64,000 nucleotides of DNA. Source: an uncultured Mollicutes bacterium (GTDB lineage: Bacteria > Bacillota_I > Bacilli_A > RFN20 > CAG-826). How positions within the stretch are numbered: the stretch's first letter is position 1; each line of letters starts with the position of its first letter. Both the position numbers and the translations under genes were made by a program. Shown here piece after piece: positions 1-7,709 of the stretch. The notes under the pieces were generated by a model that was not told where the DNA came from, searched no databases, and saw only the letters and a list, made by a program, of their open reading frames with translations. Location of the stretch: contig UQXJ01000002.1 in the NCBI GenBank assembly GCA_900545015.1, positions 20,260 to 84,259 on the forward strand, written 5' to 3'.

Positions 1-219
1 AAGAGTAACAAAATTAATCAAGATATTAAAAATATTATTAATTATAAAGAACTTGCTGAAGGGAATATTTTACTTGTTAATAGAGATAGAATGAAATTTT
101 CAGAAATTAATAATATTTTATCTCAAGCTGAAACACTCTTCTTTAATGGTGACTTTAAGTCATCTTATGAAATGAGTCAAACAGCTATTCAAAAATTGGA
201 CTTTAAAGATAAGAATTAA
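1..219 (+). CDS. 3' end of a CDS that starts left of the window; helical C-terminal tail, tentatively EzrA-like septation-ring regulator
   Basis: Frame 1 is open from base 1 to TAA 217-219 (...LSQAETLFFNGDFKSSYEMSQTAIQKLDFKDKN*). Only 72 aa are visible and there is no diagnostic motif. The call rests on the ezrA / cysteine desulfurase / thiI neighbourhood known from Bacillus and Staphylococcus. Confidence 0.3.
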   Translation, partial: KSNKINQDIKNIINYKELAEGNILLVNRDRMKFSEINNILSQAETLFFNGDFKSSYEMSQTAIQKLDFKDKN

Positions 220-221
220 AT

Positions 222-1349
222 ATGATTTATTTTGATAATGCAAGCAGTACGAAACCTAGTGAAACTGCTTTAAAAGTATTTTTAGAAACAAGTGAAAAAT
301 TTTATTTTAATCCAAATTCTATTCATAAATATGGAATGAAAGAATTTAATGAAATTAAACACATTAAAGATAAAATTTTAAGTGAATTAAAGTTAGATTC
401 TACCTATGATGTTTTATTTACAAGTGGTGCAACTGAAAGCAATAACCTTGCAATTCGTGGATATTGTTTAAAAAATAAAGGTAGAGGAAATCATATTATT
501 ACAACAAAAATTGAACATGAGTCTGTTTTAAATGTTTTTAAAAATTTAGAAGATTTAGGTTTTAAAGTCACTTATTTAGATATAAATAGCGATGGAAAAA
601 TCGATATAGAAAATTTTAAAAAAGTCATGGACAAGGATACAATTCTTGTATCAATAATGCCTGTAAATAATGAAGTTGGAAATGCCTTAAATATAAAGGA
701 TATAAATGAAGTTGTAAAAAATTATCCTAAATGTGTTTTACACTGTGACTGTGCGCAAACACTAGGAAAATATGATTTCAATTATAAATTAGCTGATTTA
801 ATTACTATCAGTGCTCATAAAATTTGTGGTATTAAAGGAATTGGTGCTTTGATTAAAAAGAAAAAGATTATGCTTGAACCAATTCATTATGGTGGTGGTC
901 AAGAAAACGGATTAAGAAGTGGGACAAGTGATTATCCAGCAATTGTATCTTTCTTTGAATCAATTAAAGAAGTTAATATAGAATTTAAAGATACGTATAA
1001 AAAAGTTACTTTAATTCATAACTACCTAGTCGAAGAATTAAGTAAACTTGATAACATTAAGCTTCATCTTTATAAAGATTATTCACCATATATTTTGAAT
1101 TTTTCTTTATTAAATAAGAAGGCTAGTGTTATCGTTGAAGCTTTATCAAATGAAGATATTTTAGTTAGTAGCGTAAGCGCATGTAATTCTAAAAAAGAAG
1201 AGCCATCATATGTTTTGTTAGCACTTGGAAATTCTTTATTAGAAGCGAAAAATGCTATAAGAATATCACTTGGAAAATACAATACGCTCGATGAAGCGAA
1301 AGAATTTGTTAGTAAATTTAAAGAAATTTTAGAAAGAGTTAGGGGCTAA
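222..1349 (+). CDS. cysteine desulfurase (class V aminotransferase, NifS/IscS-like), probable sulfur donor for ThiI
   Basis: 375-aa ORF with PLP-lysine motif ITISAHKICGIKGIGAL and catalytic-cysteine loop SSVSACNSK. Its stop abuts the thiI start at 1351. Confidence 0.85.
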   Translation: MIYFDNASSTKPSETALKVFLETSEKFYFNPNSIHKYGMKEFNEIKHIKDKILSELKLDSTYDVLFTSGATESNNLAIRGYCLKNKGRGNHIITTKIEHESVLNVFKNLEDLGFKVTYLDINSDGKIDIENFKKVMDKDTILVSIMPVNNEVGNALNIKDINEVVKNYPKCVLHCDCAQTLGKYDFNYKLADLITISAHKICGIKGIGALIKKKKIMLEPIHYGGGQENGLRSGTSDYPAIVSFFESIKEVNIEFKDTYKKVTLIHNYLVEELSKLDNIKLHLYKDYSPYILNFSLLNKKASVIVEALSNEDILVSSVSACNSKKEEPSYVLLALGNSLLEAKNAIRISLGKYNTLDEAKEFVSKFKEILERVRG

Positions 1350-1350
1350 T

Positions 1351-2508
1351 ATGGAATATAACGTAATAGTAGTTAGATTTGGTGAATTATCAACAAAAGG
1401 AAAGAACAAGAAAGATTTTATTAATAGTTTAGCTAGATCAATCAGACATACTTTGAAAGAAGATGAAGAAAAGTATGAAATGATTATTAGACATGACCAT
1501 ATCTATTTAAATTTAAAAGAGAAAATAGATGGTATAGAAGACAAATTAAAAGACATAAGTGGTATGTATTCCTTCTCTTTATGCTTAAAAATCGATGCGG
1601 ATCCTGATAATTTATTAGAAAAGGCTTTTGAAATTATTAGAGATGAACCTGGCTCAACATTTAAAGTAAGAACAAGAAGAATTGATAAATCTTATCCTTA
1701 TATTAGTGATGAAATGAATAGAATGATTGCAACAAAAGTTCTTAAAAACACTAATAAAAAAGTCGATGTTCATAATCCAGATACTTTACTTGATATTGAA
1801 ATTAGAGAAGATGGCGCGTATTTATTTACTGAAACCATTAAAGGAATGGGCGGATATCCAAGTGGAACAATTGGTAAAACTTTAGTTATGCTTTCTGGTG
1901 GTATTGATTCTCCAGTCGCTGCATATTTATTATTAAAAAGAGGAATTGATATTACTTGTATACATTTTGCAGCTCCACCTTATACAAATAGTGGTGTCAT
2001 TGATAAACTTGAAGATATTCTTCATTCATTAACAAAATATCAAACTAAAATTAAATTATATGTAATTTCATTTACTAAGATTCAAGAAAAAATTTATGAA
2101 GTAAGTGATGAAGGCTATCCAATTACTATCATGAGAAGAATGATGTATCGAATTGCAACAATGCTTGCCCATAGATTAAGAATTAATTCATTAGCAAGTG
2201 GAGAATCAATTGGGCAAGTCGCAAGTCAAACTATTGATAGCTTAGCAGTCATTAATGAAGTTACAAATGTACCTGTTTTAAGACCATTATGTACTTATGA
2301 TAAAGTTGATATTATTAAAATAAGTAAAGAAATTGGAACTTATGACATTTCAATTAGACCATATGAAGACTGCTGTACAATTTTTGCTCCAGTAAGACCT
2401 AAAACATCACCTAAACTTGAAGAATGTTATAAAATCGAAGAAAGATTTGATTTTACTCCATTACTAGAAGAAGCAGTGAAAAACGCTGAACTTAAAGTTA
2501 TTAAATAA
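1351..2508 (+). CDS. thiI: tRNA 4-thiouridine synthase ThiI (short form without rhodanese domain)
   Basis: 385-aa ORF with PP-loop motif MLSGGIDSPVAAYLL and a THUMP-like N-terminal half. It is adjacent to a cysteine desulfurase. Confidence 0.9.
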   Translation: MEYNVIVVRFGELSTKGKNKKDFINSLARSIRHTLKEDEEKYEMIIRHDHIYLNLKEKIDGIEDKLKDISGMYSFSLCLKIDADPDNLLEKAFEIIRDEPGSTFKVRTRRIDKSYPYISDEMNRMIATKVLKNTNKKVDVHNPDTLLDIEIREDGAYLFTETIKGMGGYPSGTIGKTLVMLSGGIDSPVAAYLLLKRGIDITCIHFAAPPYTNSGVIDKLEDILHSLTKYQTKIKLYVISFTKIQEKIYEVSDEGYPITIMRRMMYRIATMLAHRLRINSLASGESIGQVASQTIDSLAVINEVTNVPVLRPLCTYDKVDIIKISKEIGTYDISIRPYEDCCTIFAPVRPKTSPKLEECYKIEERFDFTPLLEEAVKNAELKVIK

Positions 2509-2513
2509 AGCAA

Positions 2514-2551
2514 ACAAAAAACTCTAGGAATCGAACCTAGAGTTTTTTTCT
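2514..2551. terminator. bidirectional rho-independent terminator between convergent thiI and rplT
   Basis: Stem ACTCTAGG (2521-2528) / CCTAGAGT (2536-2543) with a 7-nt loop. It is flanked by an A-run on the left and a T-run (2544-2550) on the right. Confidence 0.75.
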
Positions 2552-2563
2552 ATAAAGTTTTAA

Positions 2564-2914
2564 TTATTTAGCAGCTTTAGCAACTTTGACTAATTCTGCG
2601 AAACCTTTTTCATCGTGGATTGCGATTTCACTTAACATCTTTCTGTTGAGATCGATTTTAGCTACTTTTAATCCGTGCATGAATTTTGAATATGAGATGT
2701 CATTTAATCTGCAAGCAGCATTAATTCTCTTAATCCAAAGTTTTCTGAAGTCTCTCTTAATTCTTCTTCTATCGATATATGCATATCTTTTTGAACGCAT
2801 TACTTGTTCTTTAGCGGTCTTGAATAAGATATGTTTACTTCCGAAGTAACCCTTAGCTTGCTTTAAAACTCTTTTTCTTCTTAAATGTGTAACTTTTCCA
2901 CCTTTTACTCTCAT
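2564..2914 (-). CDS. rplT: 50S ribosomal protein L20
   Basis: 116-aa [28 protein letters not shown]..., a canonical L20 N-terminus. AGGAGG lies 8 nt upstream of the ATG. Confidence 0.95.
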   Translation of the reverse strand: MRVKGGKVTHLRRKRVLKQAKGYFGSKHILFKTAKEQVMRSKRYAYIDRRRIKRDFRKLWIKRINAACRLNDISYSKFMHGLKVAKIDLNRKMLSEIAIHDEKGFAELVKVAKAAK

Positions 2915-2931
2915 TTTCTAGACCTCCTAAA

Positions 2932-3126
2932 CTATTGTTGAATGAGATACTTAATTCTCTTCATATCAGACTTTGTAACTAAAGTTGCTTTTCTTAAGTG
3001 TCTCTTTTGTTTGTGTGTTTTGTGTGGTGCTAAGTGGCTGACATATGCGTGATGTCTTCTAACTTTTCCACTTCCTGTAACCTTAATTCTCTTTGTTAAG
3101 GCTTTTTTACTCTTCATTTTTGGCAT
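2932..3126 (-). CDS. rpmI: 50S ribosomal protein L35
   Basis: The ORF-track frame runs to 3171. The ATG at 3126, preceded by GAGAGGAAA, gives MPKMKSKKALTKRIKVTGSGKVRRHHAY... (64 aa), the canonical L35. Confidence 0.9.
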   Translation of the reverse strand: MPKMKSKKALTKRIKVTGSGKVRRHHAYVSHLAPHKTHKQKRHLRKATLVTKSDMKRIKYLIQQ

Positions 3127-3142
3127 AAAATTTCCTCTCTTT

Positions 3143-3709
3143 CTACTTTTTAATTTTGCTTGATAGGACACATGTAAGCCATCTACCGTCTAAGACAGGC
3201 TTCTTTTCGATGACTGCATAATCCTTAACGTATTCAAGAAACTTGTTGAGTACCTCATCTCCAACTTCAGGATGAGACATTTGTCTTCCTTTGAATCTAA
3301 CTCCAACTTTTACTTTGTTGCCATCTTCAAGAAATTTAATAGCTGCTTTAACTTTTGTTTCTATATCGTGTTGACCAATTTGTGGTGAAAGTTGAACTTC
3401 CTTAATTTCGATAATTTTTTGGTTCTTCTTTGCTTCTTTAGCCTTCTTTTGGGCTTCAAAACGATATTTTCCATAATTAATAATTTTACAAACTGGTGGC
3501 TTGCCTTGTGGGGCTACGCAAAGTAGATCTAAGTCATATTCTTCAGCTTTTTTGTAAGCTTCAAATCTTGACATTTTTCCTAAACTTTCTCCATTTGGTC
3601 CAATTACTAATACTTCTGGGAAACGAATTCTTTCGTTAACGATATCTCCGTTATAACGATCTTTTTTGCTTGATTTATCCATTTCTGGATTTTGTTGAAA
3701 GGTTGCTAT
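3143..3709 (-). CDS. infC: translation initiation factor IF-3 (start either non-AUG ATA at 3709 or ATG at 3682)
   Basis: IF-3 core is recognisable (IVNERIRFPEVLVIGPNGE..., KPPVCKIINYGKYRFE, KEVQLSPQIGQHD). The ATG at 3682 has no SD. AGGAGG (3723-3718) sits 8 nt upstream of the in-frame ATA at 3709, with no intervening stop. Confidence 0.9.
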   Translation of the reverse strand: MATFQQNPEMDKSSKKDRYNGDIVNERIRFPEVLVIGPNGESLGKMSRFEAYKKAEEYDLDLLCVAPQGKPPVCKIINYGKYRFEAQKKAKEAKKNQKIIEIKEVQLSPQIGQHDIETKVKAAIKFLEDGNKVKVGVRFKGRQMSHPEVGDEVLNKFLEYVKDYAVIEKKPVLDGRWLTCVLSSKIKK

Positions 3710-3865
3710 GTTAATGTCCTCCTAAAACCTTTAAATAAAAAACGGGCGCTAGTAAGTGCGTCCGTTATCGATTCTAATAAATATTGAAATCTCTAGTAGC
3801 GATTGACCAATTAATACTAAGTTAATCTGGTGAGAAGCGGACGCTTTTCTTTCTACGTGCGCTTT
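3710..3865 (-). promoter_or_regulatory. infC-rpmI-rplT 5' leader, L20-leader-like attenuation element
   Basis: A ~150-nt untranslated leader, GC-richer than its surroundings. The upstream segment AAGCGUCCGC can pair with the left arm (ACGGACGC) of the terminator, which is antiterminator logic. The position matches the Firmicute L20 leader. Confidence 0.5.
3733..3765 (-). terminator. intrinsic terminator/attenuator inside the infC leader
   Basis: The minus strand reads ACGGACGC-ACTTACTA-GCGCCCGT followed by TTTTTTATTT (one A/C mismatch in an 8-bp GC-rich stem). It lies between the promoter and the infC SD. Confidence 0.6.
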
Positions 3866-3894
3866 ATAATACCAAAATCAACTAGTAATGTCAA
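3866..3894 (-). promoter_or_regulatory. sigma-70-type promoter of the infC operon
   Basis: The minus strand reads TTGACA (3894-3889), a 17-nt spacer, then TATTAT (3871-3866). Confidence 0.65.
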
Positions 3895-3896
3895 AT

Positions 3897-4331
3897 TTAT
3901 TTTTCAGGTTCAGCTTTAACTAAAATTACAATTGATAATATTACTGCGACAATTGTCAAAAGAACAACAAATGAAACTGAATTTGTAGGTGTGTAGCTTT
4001 CTGCAATGTATTTTGAACATGCGAATGTGATTGCAAATCCAAGAGCTACTACAAATGCAACAATATTAAAAATTGAAAGTGCTTTTGATGAAAATTTAGG
4101 AATAAATGTACAAACTAAATTAAATAATCCGATGAAACCTAAAATACCAATGAGTGTTGCAGAGATCGCTAAAATAGTTGTGTTTGTAAATAATTCAAAA
4201 CTGAATGCTGAAAAGTAATCACCTCTTGTAAAACCTGTATAGCAAATCGATGGTGTACTTAAGAATGCAAGGCAGAGAAGAACTATAACTACTGAGACAA
4301 TTCCTTGAAGTTTTTTTCCTATAAGTTGCAT
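3897..4331 (-). CDS. small polytopic membrane protein, unknown function
   Basis: The ORF frame runs to 4391, but GAAAGGA plus the ATG at 4331 gives MQLIGKKLQGIVSVVIVLLCLAFL... with about 4 hydrophobic spans. Confidence 0.6.
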   Translation of the reverse strand: MQLIGKKLQGIVSVVIVLLCLAFLSTPSICYTGFTRGDYFSAFSFELFTNTTILAISATLIGILGFIGLFNLVCTFIPKFSSKALSIFNIVAFVVALGFAITFACSKYIAESYTPTNSVSFVVLLTIVAVILSIVILVKAEPEK

Positions 4332-4493
4332 AAAAAAATCCTTTCTTTTTAAAGATAAATATATTGTATTTTTAAAGCTAATTTTTGGCAAGTGAATAAA
4401 TGCACAAATTGAGACTTTTGATTCATATTATGCTTATTTTTTGTTTTATATGATTCTCAAAAGGGTATAATAAAACCGGAAATGGGGTAAATT

Positions 4494-5135
4494 ATGGTCA
4501 AAGCTATTGTGTTTGATTTTGATGGAACACTTGCATCATCGTTTAGTTTAGTAGAATTTTGCTTTAAAAAGATTTATAAGGAAATTTTAGGGAAAGAAAT
4601 AACTGTTCAAGAAATTGAAAAATATTATGGACCTAGTGAAAAAGGCATAATTCAAAAGATGTTTGGAAAAGATAAATCAAAAGAAATATTTTATCAATTT
4701 TTATCTGACTATAATTTTTACCATGATCAATTTTTTAAAGACTTCTTTCCTGGAATGTGTGAATTACTTAATGAACTTAAAAAAGACGAAAAGGAAGTTT
4801 TTTTATTAACTGGAAGAAGTGAAGAAACAGCAATCATTTCGTTAACTAAATTAAATGCTTTTTCTTATTTTAAAGACTTCTATTGGGGATCAACTGAAGG
4901 TGCTATTAAAGATCAATTATTAAAAGAATTAATGGATGATTATGGATATAATAATGATGAAATAATTTATATTGGTGATTCTATTCAAGATGTTGAACAA
5001 TGTAATGATGCAAACGTAAAAATAGTTAGTGTTACATATAATGACCCTTCATATAAAGATAAACTAGAAAAGATAAATCCTGGAATGGTATTTGAAAGTG
5101 TTGGAGAACTTAAAAAATACCTTCTCGGCTTATAG
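4494..5135 (+). CDS. HAD-superfamily hydrolase (phosphoglycolate phosphatase-like)
   Basis: 213 aa with motif I VFDFDGTLA and motif IV IYIGDSIQDV. GGGGTAA lies upstream of the ATG. Confidence 0.8.
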   Translation: MVKAIVFDFDGTLASSFSLVEFCFKKIYKEILGKEITVQEIEKYYGPSEKGIIQKMFGKDKSKEIFYQFLSDYNFYHDQFFKDFFPGMCELLNELKKDEKEVFLLTGRSEETAIISLTKLNAFSYFKDFYWGSTEGAIKDQLLKELMDDYGYNNDEIIYIGDSIQDVEQCNDANVKIVSVTYNDPSYKDKLEKINPGMVFESVGELKKYLLGL

Positions 5136-5145
5136 AAAGAGAATT

Positions 5146-5895
5146 ATGAATAATAAATATTTAGCTTTTACTTTAGCTTTTGTTGGTGGAATGTTAGAAG
5201 TGTATTCCTTAGCTTATAGAGGATTTTTTTCTTTAATGCAAACTGGCAATATTATTACTGTTTTTACTTCATTGATAAGTGAACAATACGTGGAAGTTCT
5301 TCAAAGACTCGTTGTAGTTTTTTCATTTATCATTGGGTTAATAATTGCGAATTTTATTGAATATCATCATATAAAAAGAAATAAGAATTATCATGTTTTT
5401 GAATTAATTCTTATGGCAATTTGCTTAATTATATCTATCTTAATACCAACTTATTTAAAGTTTGATGAGAAGTTAATAACTCCTGATAATTCAAATTATA
5501 TAAATGTTATTGGAAACATTTTTATGGCAATAATTGGAGCAACTTTATTACAAAGTTTTAATAAAATAGAAGATAGAAATGTAACAACAACTATGTTAAC
5601 TGCTAACCTTCAAAGAACAGTTTCTTCCTTTTTTAAAGGTGTTAAAAAAGAAGACAAAAAAGAAGTAGTTGCTGGAATAAATTACGTGTTTGTTGTAATT
5701 TCTTTTATCATTGGAGCAGCTACTTCGTATTTATATTTATACCTAATAAAACAAGTTTTAATCGAGAATTGCGGGCTTTTTTATCAATATTTACCTAATT
5801 TTATATTATTTGTACCATTAATTATTACTATTATTTTAGTAATAAGATACAAAATTAAAGATAAGAAAACTAAGAAATCTTTTGAATCTGATTAA
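5146..5895 (+). CDS. YoaK/DUF1275-family membrane protein
   Basis: The ATG at 5146 gives MNNKYLAFTLAFVGGMLEVYSLAYRGFFSLMQTGNI..., a pattern typical of DUF1275, with 6 predicted TM spans. The ORF-track start at 5092 overlaps the upstream gene. Confidence 0.65.
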   Translation: MNNKYLAFTLAFVGGMLEVYSLAYRGFFSLMQTGNIITVFTSLISEQYVEVLQRLVVVFSFIIGLIIANFIEYHHIKRNKNYHVFELILMAICLIISILIPTYLKFDEKLITPDNSNYINVIGNIFMAIIGATLLQSFNKIEDRNVTTTMLTANLQRTVSSFFKGVKKEDKKEVVAGINYVFVVISFIIGAATSYLYLYLIKQVLIENCGLFYQYLPNFILFVPLIITIILVIRYKIKDKKTKKSFESD

Positions 5896-6415
5896 ATGTA
5901 AATTCAACCATTTGTTCAATTGGTTCTTTCTTTCCTGATCTAGACCAAGCAACAATTGTTGAAAAAAGAATAGAAAATTTATTTATAAAACGATATCTAA
6001 TTTCAGAATTTAATAACTCTGAATATTTTTGAGAACTTGATAGCAAGGAAAATACTTTACTAAGATAAATATAGGAATTTTCTCTAAAATTATTTGATGA
6101 AAAAACAGGATTTTCGACATATAAATCAAAAGCAAAGCGAATAATTTTCTTTCTTGCTTCGATATTTTCTTGATTTTTAATGATAGGATAGAAATTGCGA
6201 TCAAAGATTTCTATTAAACCTTTTGCGCACTCCGTTAAAACATCATCAATAGAAGAAAAATTTCTATAGTAACTAGCTCTAGAAATATTTGCTTTTTTAA
6301 CTAAATCAACAACTGTAATTTCTAGATATGGTTTTTCTCTTAATAAGCTTAGAAAGGCAGCACAAATTTTCTTCTTTGCAGAGTCTTCTTTTTTAACTAT
6401 TAATCTTTCGTTCAT
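5870..6415 (-). CDS. TetR/AcrR-family transcriptional regulator
   Basis: 181 aa with N-terminal HTH TVVDLVKKANISRASYYRNFSS. It has an ATGA overlap with the upstream gene. Confidence 0.85.
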   Translation of the reverse strand: MNERLIVKKEDSAKKKICAAFLSLLREKPYLEITVVDLVKKANISRASYYRNFSSIDDVLTECAKGLIEIFDRNFYPIIKNQENIEARKKIIRFAFDLYVENPVFSSNNFRENSYIYLSKVFSLLSSSQKYSELLNSEIRYRFINKFSILFSTIVAWSRSGKKEPIEQMVEFTFNQIQKIS

Positions 6416-6816
6416 TGTTTCTTACCACATGATTTGCAAAATAAGGAATCTTCATCAATTTCAGCTCCACAATATTTGCAATATTTTGTGTCTTTTAATC
6501 CTTCTTTCACGCTCTTTGAACTCTTTTTGATAGCGTCTTGATAAATTTCAGCACTGTTATCAGCAATGTTTTTTAAATCTTTTTTATTTTCAGATTGAAT
6601 CGCAAGTGATAACTTAATCATGAACTTAATCATTAATGGCATCATGGATACGAAGAATAAGAATGCTCCGCCTGAAGTGAGCCCAATTCCTAACATAAAA
6701 GTTCTTTGAAATTCATCTTCGCTAGTTGTGATAAAAACAACACCAGTGATTATAAGGCCGATACTAATTAGCATTAAAATTGAAAATGCTATTCTAATAA
6801 ATTTTGTGTTTTTCAT
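6412..6816 (-). CDS. membrane protein with C-terminal zinc-ribbon
   Basis: 134 aa with two TM spans and a C-terminal CKYCGAEIDEDSLFCKSCG (CxxC...CxxC). It is translationally coupled to the TetR gene. Confidence 0.7.
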   Translation of the reverse strand: MKNTKFIRIAFSILMLISIGLIITGVVFITTSEDEFQRTFMLGIGLTSGGAFLFFVSMMPLMIKFMIKLSLAIQSENKKDLKNIADNSAEIYQDAIKKSSKSVKEGLKDTKYCKYCGAEIDEDSLFCKSCGKKQ

Positions 6817-7051
6817 AATTGAATTTTAGCATATTGATAGTGTATATAAAATATTTTTTATAATGCCTTTTTTATTATTGTATTGAGTATATAATTTGGA
6901 AAATCATATAGCGATTAATATGGATTTCATATAAAGTTTTATATGGATTTATATATAAAAGTGCCTAAAAAAATTAAAAATCTCCAATTGTAGGGGTTTT
7001 TGGACTTAAAATTTCACTAAATTTTCTCAAAAATCGATATTTTAAATTTAA

Positions 7052-7080
7052 TTTACATGTTCTTTTAAATCAATTATAAT
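7052..7080 (+). promoter_or_regulatory. promoter giving a leaderless transcript for the small-peptide pair
   Basis: TTTACA (7052-7057), a 17-nt spacer, then TATAAT (7075-7080). The ATG at 7087 is only 6 nt after the -10 and has no SD. Confidence 0.5.
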
Positions 7081-7086
7081 GAAAAT

Positions 7087-7251
7087 ATGAAAGACATCTT
7101 AAGAATTTTTGACGTTATAGCTGAGCCTTCAAATACTAATGATGGTCTTGCTGAACCTTGGGTTTACGTTTTAATAATCGTTCTTACAACAGTAGTTCTT
7201 GTTGGACTTGCTGTTTTCTTTTATTTTATATGTAAAAGGAGGAAAAAATAA
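7087..7251 (+). CDS. 54-aa single-pass membrane peptide (not in ORF track)
   Basis: MKDILRIFDVIAEPSNTNDGLAEPWVYVLIIVLTTVVLVGLAVFFYFICKRRKK*. It has one TM span plus a polybasic tail. Confidence 0.45.
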   Translation: MKDILRIFDVIAEPSNTNDGLAEPWVYVLIIVLTTVVLVGLAVFFYFICKRRKK

Positions 7252-7385
7252 TGAACGTTTTTGATGTTGCAAGTGGTCCAGTAATTGGAGCTGTCGTAGC
7301 TGTTTTTATTGCTATTGTTGCTGCTATTGGTTTAATTGTTTTAGCAATTGTTTTATTAATAAAATCAAATAAAAAGAAAAAGTAA
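7251..7385 (+). CDS. 44-aa single-pass membrane peptide, paralog-like of the preceding one (not in ORF track)
   Basis: MNVFDVASGPVIGAVVAVFIAIVAAIGLIVLAIVLLIKSNKKKK*. AAAAGGAGG lies 8 nt upstream and there is a TAATG stop/start overlap at 7249-7253. Confidence 0.45.
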   Translation: MNVFDVASGPVIGAVVAVFIAIVAAIGLIVLAIVLLIKSNKKKK

Positions 7386-7709
7386 ATAAATCAAGGGACT
7401 TCCTATAAGGAAGCTTGAAAGATTGGCTATAAGTGAATAAAGCCAATTTTTATTATCCTTAATAATTAAATCATATAAAAACCATTCAATTAAAAAGACT
7501 AGTATCTCGCCAATTATTAAAAGAAAAATATATAGCCAAGTGGTATTTATAAAAGATAGAAGTGAATTTAATAATAAATTTGTTAATAAATTGATAATTA
7601 AAGAAAACCAAAGTCTTTTATCTCTTACTTTTAGTAGAAAAAGTACTACTAATTCAATGATCATAGTAAGAAGAACACATTCAATTAATTCAGTTATTTC
7701 TCGTATCAT
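7365..7709 (-). CDS. small polytopic membrane protein, unknown function
   Basis: 114-aa hydrophobic ORF that overlaps the upstream 376-aa gene by 20 nt on the same strand. Confidence 0.5.
   Translation of the reverse strand: MIREITELIECVLLTMIIELVVLFLLKVRDKRLWFSLIINLLTNLLLNSLLSFINTTWLYIFLLIIGEILVFLIEWFLYDLIIKDNKNWLYSLIANLSSFLIGSPLIYLLFLFI

Noticed and set aside
2586-2849. Antisense or nested track ORFs inside well-supported genes (e.g. 1079-1282, 2586-2849, 4006-4218, 6010-6204, 7540-7728, 11871-12131, 15378-15581, 18792-19028, 19293-19550, 25042-25302, 39626-39901, 40085-40285, 44483-44680, 48354-48620, 50743-51012, 51874-52086, 52240-52449, 53582-54361, 54719-55303, 56437-56715, 57094-57390, 58911-59135, 61060-61888)
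   Set aside because: Each is fully embedded opposite or out of frame in a gene with clear family motifs, lacks an SD, and has low-complexity or hydrophobic nonsense translations typical of AT-rich shadow frames.
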